A DNA stretch of 64,000 nucleotides from Klebsormidium nitens. Lineage: Eukaryota > Plantae > Klebsormidiophyceae. A model generated the notes under the pieces. It worked only from the letters and a program-made list of their open reading frames with translations, ran no database searches and was not told where the DNA came from. The position numbers and the translations under genes are program-made. Shown here piece by piece: positions 1-64,000 of this stretch. The stretch covers positions 24,091 through 88,090 of the forward strand of contig DF237340.1 of assembly GCA_000708835.1 (NCBI GenBank), read 5' to 3'. Numbering within the stretch: position 1 is the stretch's first letter; each line of letters starts with the position of its first letter.

Positions 1-1511
1 GTCGAGTACCTGGGCCACTTCGTGGTACCCAACGGTACCGCACCGCAGCAGGCGAAGGTTGAGGCCATCGTCAAGATGCAGGCACCACATGACATGCCCA
101 CGCTGCGCGCCTCTTAGGCACTGCCGGCTATTATCGGCGCTATGTGCGGAATTACTCCCGCATCGCTGAGTCTCTAAACCGCCTCCTTCAGAAGGACGTG
201 CCATGGGAATGGTCAGCTCAGGCTCAAGAAGCCTTCGAGCAGTTGAAGGTCAAACTGACCGAGGCGCCTATCCTCAGGCGGCCCAACTATGACCTGCCCT
301 TTGAGCTGCACACTGATTGGAGCAGCGCCGGCCTGGGCGCCGTGCTCGCTCAGAGAGACGAGGAAGGCAAGGAGTACGTGGTCGCGTACGCCTCTCGTAG
401 CAACAATCGGACTGAGCGCAACTACTCCAGCTATCATGGAGAGTGTCTCGCCGCTGTCTGGGGAGTCCAGATCTTCCGCTGGTACCCCTATGGCCGACAC
501 TTCACGCTGATCACGGATCACGAGCCTCTGAAGTGGCTGATGACGAACATGAGGCTCACAGGAATGCACGCCCGCTGGGCTAACATCCTTCAGGAGTACG
601 AGTTCGAGATCGTTCACCGCAGTGGTCTCAAGAATCTTGACGCGGACGGGCTCTCACGCAACCCGCTCCCCTCAGATCATGACCCGACCGATGCTCGGAT
701 GGATCACACTCCTAGTGACGTCTCTCACATCTCGGCCTGCTTGGCTCGCCTGGCTGTCGGATCCGATAACACTCCGTCACCCATGCCGGCCCTCATTCCA
801 ACTGCTCCTGAGCGCGAACCGCCTGAGGTTGATATGCCAGTCAAGCTTGACCGCGACATATGGCATGATGCCCCCGTGATCGAGTTCCTGCGGGACGGTA
901 CCTACCCACCTGATGCTTCGAGCCAGGTTCGGGACCGCATCTGGCACCGAGCCCAGGGCTATCACTTCGAGCACGACCTGCTGCGCAGGCGTGTTGACGG
1001 CGGTGGGTCAAAGATTGTGCTCAAGCCCGACCAGCGCGCGAACCTGATTCGCCGAGTCCACATGGACATCGGACACTTTGGTGTCAAGAAGACCTACTCA
1101 CTGCTCGAGCCCACATACTGGTGGGTCGGCATGTACGGCCAGGTCGAAGTTGAGGTCAGCTTCTGTGTCGTCTGTGACCGTGTCAAGGCCACCTTCGAGG
1201 TGAAGGATCCCACGCTGAAACCGCTGCCAATCATGGGCATGTTCTACCGTTGGGGCATTGACTTGTTCAAGATGCCAGTCAAATCGACTGCCGGCAACGA
1301 GTACGTGGTTGTGATGATCGAACACTTCAGCAAGTGGATCGAGATCTTTGCCATACCAGCCAAGAAGGCTGAGTACGTTCGCGAGAAATTCATTGAGGTC
1401 CTGGCCCGCTTCGGCGCGCCAGTAGAGGTCGTTACTGACCAAGGCTCAGAGTTCGAAGGCTTGTTTGCCGAGCTCCTGATTGCCCTGTACATCGACCACT
1501 GCATCTCGTGA
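1..1511 (+). pseudogene. pol: pol fragment: RT C-terminus, RNase H, integrase HHCC zinc finger and first two catalytic Asp
   Basis: VEYLGH...(frameshift at about 112)LGTAGYYRRYV; LHTDWS..GLGAVLAQ, VVAYASR, ERNYS, TDHEPL (RNase H); H..IGHFG..YWW..C..C, WGIDL, VVTDQGSEF (integrase). Confidence 0.93.
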
Positions 1512-2313
1512 CCACGCGCAGTCCAACGGCCTGTCTGAACGGATCGTTCAGATGATGAAGAAGGCGTTGCGAAAATACTGCGTGCTGTACAACCGCACCC
1601 AGTGGGATGCATTCCTACCTTGGATCATGATGGGTTACCGACTCAGCCGACACACGTCGCTAGGGGGATACTCGCCGTACTACCTGCTGTACAGGCGCCA
1701 CCCCGTTGTGGGCATGCGCATCCGGGACATTGTGAGCGAGCCCATCGACCTCGACTCACCCGTGACAAGCGCCAGGATCCTGAGGGACCGCGCTGAGTTG
1801 TTCAAGACGGCCATGCCTATGGCGTTTGACAACCTGCTGATTGCCCAACACCGTGACACCGAGCGTTATGCCGTTGTCCGGTCTGGCGACTTCAAACCGA
1901 AGATGAAACGCTTCGAGGAAGGGGACTATGTCTACCTCCGGCAACAATCCAAGGACACCATGGAACTGGCCAAGGGCCGTATAATCCTGCGTGTGAAGCA
2001 GCTGCTCGGCACTGGCCGCCTGCTCCCGGAAGGCCGCAGTGATGGCAAGACTATCAAAGATCATGTTGAGAATTGTGCGCCCTGCCACAATCCGAACATC
2101 GATCCATGGCAAAACCCAGCTTTCGCTGAGGACAAGGACCAAGCCTGCGAGGTTTGCCACGATACGGCTGCGAACCGACGCACCGGGCCCATGCTTCTGT
2201 GCGAACACTGCGATTCGGGCTGGCACATGAAGTGCCTGACACCGCCCATCAAGAAGCGGCCCAAGGGCGATTGGTTCTGCCCGCGGTGTCCTCTCAACCG
2301 CCCTCAGATCTGA
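1480..2313 (+). pseudogene. pol: pol fragment after frameshift: integrase core C-half and C-terminal PHD finger
   Basis: HAQSNGLSERIVQMMK (catalytic Glu region), FEEGDYVYL, then CEVC...LLCEHCDSGWHMKCL.PP....PKGDWFCPRC (C4-H-C3 PHD); stop at 2311-2313. Confidence 0.93.
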
Positions 2314-2379
2314 GGCGTGTTGGCATGTACCACACTGTGACTCCCTGGTTTCCGCTCAGTCGGGACGACTTCGCCCAGT

Positions 2380-2391
2380 AGGGGGGAGGGA
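2380..2391 (+). other. polypurine tract (PPT)
   Basis: AGGGGGGAGGGA shortly after the pol stop and just before LTR-derived sequence. Confidence 0.75.
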
Positions 2392-2519
2392 TCATAGATG
2401 ATGTGTATGATGCATATGAGTGACATGAGATGCCATGTATTTTTCTTTCAGCCGAGTGCGCCGAGACTTGTCGGGTATGTTATCGACATGTTACCGCAAC
2501 GACCCAGGACCGCGTGACA
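2388..2519 (+). repeat. extra copy of the last about 132 bp of the LTR
   Basis: Near-identical to 3084-3216 (GGGATCATAGATG...CCGCGTGACA), about 3-4 differences. Confidence 0.95.
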
Positions 2520-2521
2520 GC

Positions 2522-3216
2522 TGTCATGCCGTGATCTATCGTTGTTGTAAGGGCTCGGCCCTAAGCTAGTTTTATTCCCCGCGCCTAGTTCATGCCTGCC
2601 GCTCTAGGGTGATCCCTCTGAGCCTGAGCTTCAGCACGTGGCATATCTGCTGAAGGCGTGCGCTTGATATTTGCGCGCGGCCGTTACGATTATATTTCAA
2701 CCGTATGACCACATATTTCGGCGGTTGATAACCGCGTCCAGCCACGGCGGTTATGGCGACATCGACTCCATGCGACTTGTAGACTTCCTAGGCTAGCTGT
2801 AGACTCAGACTACCAGTTTAGACTTCGCGCGATACCACTAGACCGTAGTGACTCGACTTCGACTCTAGACTCGACTCAGATATTCCGACGACAGCGAGTA
2901 TAACCTAGGAACATTCGACTCATTCGCCAACTTTGTGCGAGTTGTGTTTTGGAGACATCAGCGCTCCCTTGTGACGATCAAGGCCGGTCGCCCTTGCATC
3001 CTCTCACCTGCATGACTTAGCACCTTCAAGCGCTTTGACGCTTCCTCCCGCTACGTTTGCCTGCTGTTTGCCACCCCCTGTGTGGGATCATAGATGATGT
3101 GTATGATGCATATGAGTGACATGAGATGCCATGTATTTTTCTTTTAGCCGAGCCTCGCCGAGACTTGTCGGGTATGTTATCGACATGTTACCGCAACGAC
3201 CCAGGACCGCGTGACA
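2522..3216 (+). repeat. long terminal repeat (695 bp)
   Basis: Begins TGTCA, ends TGACA (5-bp terminal inverted repeat); noncoding; downstream of pol and PPT. The partner LTR is outside the window. Confidence 0.75.
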
Positions 3217-4571
3217 CGTGCTTAACACCGGCTGGCAAACATGCAAAATGACTGCGTCTCGGACACTAATTTGCGTTCATGCAATAGGCACTGCAGCTAG
3301 GTTGAGTACTATATACTAGGTAAGATACACGTGGTTACGTTCAATACGGGAAGGTCATATGCGCCGCGGCGGGGCAGCCGCGACGAGCAAAGAATTCAAG
3401 CCTGCTGCGGCAAGCACTGCATGAGTTCCTCACACACTGACATGAGCAGTGATGTCATTCGGAGCTGCATGATACATATATTCAACCCTCCCATAACTCA
3501 GCGTATCATTCCGAAGTTCTTCAAGTTCTAGAGGTTAGACACCGTATTTCTTGAACTTCGGCTATAACCCAAGGACTCCGCCGCCGCTGTTTATTGAAAA
3601 CTTACCACTAAGTCGAAGCAAGTAAATCTATGAAGCTATCTTCAAACATCGATCTTGCCATCTATTTAAGTTGCTCTTGGCAAACCTTAGTACGTTCCGT
3701 GCGAACTTGGCGAACACGCGTAATACTGCATATAATTGCTAAATTTGCACGCATACTATGATAAGTGCGTCATGGGATCGGACGGCCACCAGTCGATTGC
3801 ATAAAAAACGTCATATTCGTCTTCAATTGAGTCCCATTGAACTTCAAGTTCATGCACGCTCGAGATATTGATTTACGGTACCGTACTCAACGCTTCCATA
3901 GATCACTATTGCGCGCATGAGCGCCTATGGCCTATTTGGCTACGGCGCGGCGACTATGAAAAGAGACCATCGCCCCGCTAACTCATCAATAGTCTATATG
4001 TATGGGTGACTAGCCCGATAAGATATTGTGTAGAATAATTTGTATACTAAGAGGCTGCATGTTGGCACGTAACATGCTGCATGCCTGGACGGTTGAAATA
4101 GTTGCGGCCCCCGGCAGGATCGATCAACACGGTTACTCCCAGAATTGAAATCCGTACGTTTTGATTGATCGAGCGCGGCCGCGCACGTGACTCGCGGACC
4201 CAGACGGCCGGCCCGCACATGCATGCAAGCCCGACGGCGAGAACTTTGTTGCGCACGCGGCTCATTATATGCTCATATGCGAGCAACACTGCTAAATCAA
4301 TAGCTTTTGCAAGACTCACTTAGGCTAGAATGAAATGCATGCGATCTTAAGTTAAGTTAGTGACTGAACTCCGTGCCTGCGCTGCAAATCGATTTTGGCT
4401 ATGCATCGATTGCACCCTCAAGCATCATCTCTTACGTGCCGCGTATCAGTGTACCAGGTAACCACAGGTTGGCCCAACCACTGCCCTAAAATTCAAGTAA
4501 CTGAGTTTCGCATTCCAAGCCGAGCTTTCCTCTCTACTATGGTCACAACTACCTCTCATCCCTCAAAAACT

Positions 4572-62553
<57,982 letters not shown>

Positions 62554-63354
62554 TGTTACTGACTGGCAGAATGCACAGAAACCAGGCGCTTGGATCCTTC
62601 TCCTGGACTTTCTGAAGTTTCTGCTTCAGCACTCGTGCATGGGCTTTGCCTCCTCCTACTGTTCTTTCTCAAATTGATAGTTTGCTTGGTGAGGTCCAAT
62701 GACGACCAATGCAGCTGCCTGCTGTTATTGAACGCTGCGCATGGCTTTTCTTGAAGCTAAGCTATCACTTCTTTTTCAGTTGAGATGCAGGCGTGGCTTC
62801 GCTGGGTGCACTGCAGCTCAACTCTGAGCTTGCACTGCTAAGCAGCACTGAAGAACTAGAGACCCCAGCTTAACAAGACCTCCAATCTTTAAACCATAAA
62901 GGAAAGCAAAACTGCACCAGTCAAGCTTCACCAGAAGCTACTGCAGAATGGATTGAACCCTAATGCTGGGCAAGACGCAGAAAAGTCTTCAGCCTGTGTC
63001 TCTGAAGTCGAGCTTCCAAGTCAAAACACTGTCAGCCCTTTCTCCTTCTGCATCACTTTTCGAGCAGAATAGAGGAAGCTGCCTGGGCCGCTCCATGGTG
63101 ACACTGGAGTAGGCAGCGCCAAGCAGCGCCAAATCCCAGCGTTCTGACCCCTCCCAGAATTGTTGCAGTTCAAGGAGAGAGCGGCGAGCCTGCTTCAACT
63201 TCAAGCGCAACTGTTCACCTTCTTCCCAGAATTCGCCAGTACGCGCGCCACTTTCTGCAAATCGTAGCATGACACGCGGAAAGCTTGCGGGCCACGTGAC
63301 TTTTAATAATAGTACATATCTTTCAAAGCCTCGCCCGCAAGTATTGGTGAACTC

Positions 63355-63426
63355 GGTCCCATAGTATAGTGGTTAGTACACTGGACTTTGAATCCAGTAA
63401 CCTGGGTTCAAATCCCGGTGGGACCT
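63355..63426 (+). tRNA. trnQ-UUG: tRNA-Gln (anticodon TTG)
   Basis: Acceptor stem GGTCCCA/TGGGACC, D-loop TAGTGG, anticodon arm CTGGA-CTTTGAA-TCCAG, T-loop GGTTCAAATCC; 72 nt; T5 Pol III terminator about 10 nt downstream. Confidence 0.97.
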
Positions 63427-63759
63427 CTGCGTATTTTTGATGCAAACAGAGGTGCACTTTTAAGTCGGTTCCTGCCGTCGGAGCACAGAATGTTGTCTAG
63501 TTTGTAAACATATTTTTGACCCGGCGCGACTAGAAAGGCATCTGCTGCTTGCGACTTCTCCTTTGTTGATCCTTCGTTCTCGCCGTAGGCTATAGGCGTC
63601 TTGAATGGCATACATGATAGAAAGTCATATGAAGCCGGGTTGTACATCCATGAGTCAATATTGCACGGTATCTTGCTGGCTTCCAGCCGACTCATCTCCA
63701 ATTACACTGGCTCTATATTTGAAGCTAGGTACGTTAATCCGATATAGTTGGATTGTACC

Positions 63760-63898
63760 TGCATGATTCCAGAGGGCCAACCATTCAATGATTGCTTAGA
63801 TGCTTAGATGCCCCCTTAGATGCAATTTTTGATCCGTTTTGCATGATTTCAGAGGGCCAACCATTGCTTAGATGCTTAGATGCGATTTTTGATCCGTT
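63760..63898 (+). repeat. two-copy tandem duplication with internal TTAGATGC 8-mers
   Basis: TGCATGATTYCAGAGGGCCAACCATT...GCTTAGATGCTTAGATGC...ATTTTTGATCCGTT at 63760-63838 and 63840-63898. Confidence 0.9.
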
Positions 63899-64000
63899 AA
63901 CCGGTTGGCAAACTATGTGCACATGTAACAATTTGATCGATCGAATTAAGCCGACATGTGGGGCCGCGCGCGGCCGGCGCGGGCGCGGTACTACTCAGTA

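Larger units (their letters stand above)
1..3216 (+). mobile_element. Ty3/gypsy LTR retrotransposon, 3' portion (RT end-RNase H-integrase-PHD, PPT, LTR); decayed
   Basis: Domain order RT>RH>INT; purine tract at 2380-2391; LTR with TGTCA...TGACA ends at 2522-3216; frameshifts near 112 and 1505. Runs off the window start. Confidence 0.95.

Noticed and set aside
62989-63270. 93-aa ORF upstream of the PH exon
   Set aside because: No recognisable domain or clear splice link; the ATG at 62553 has a good AACAATG context. It could be a uORF or 5'-UTR sequence.

Overview
Eukaryotic, intron-rich DNA of about 50% GC; a green-lineage alga such as a Klebsormidium-like streptophyte is plausible, but that is inference only. 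Positions 1-3216 hold the 3' half of a decayed Ty3/gypsy LTR retrotransposon (RT end, RNase H, integrase, C-terminal PHD finger) ending in an odd partial-LTR/full-LTR head-to-tail junction. Almost all the rest is one minus-strand gene (62553->4572, about 26 exons, about 1157 aa by my splice model) encoding a class I-type phosphoinositide 3-kinase with an extra N-terminal PH domain. Its introns are 0.1-0.7 kb except one of about 44.6 kb (60241->15656, containing a 575-N gap) whose flanking exon phases match. That giant intron has no recognisable transposon or gene but is structured: (i) about 40 same-strand copies of a motif CTCGTCATTGGC (GCCAAUGACGAG on the pre-mRNA), (ii) a ladder of acceptor+donor YAG|GT sites no more than about 7.4 kb apart that look like recursive-splicing ratchet points, several with a second donor 105-140 nt downstream, and (iii) diverged internal segmental duplications. 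A tRNA-Gln(UUG) gene lies head-to-head with the PI3K gene, followed by short tandem repeats. All counts and alignments were made by eye.
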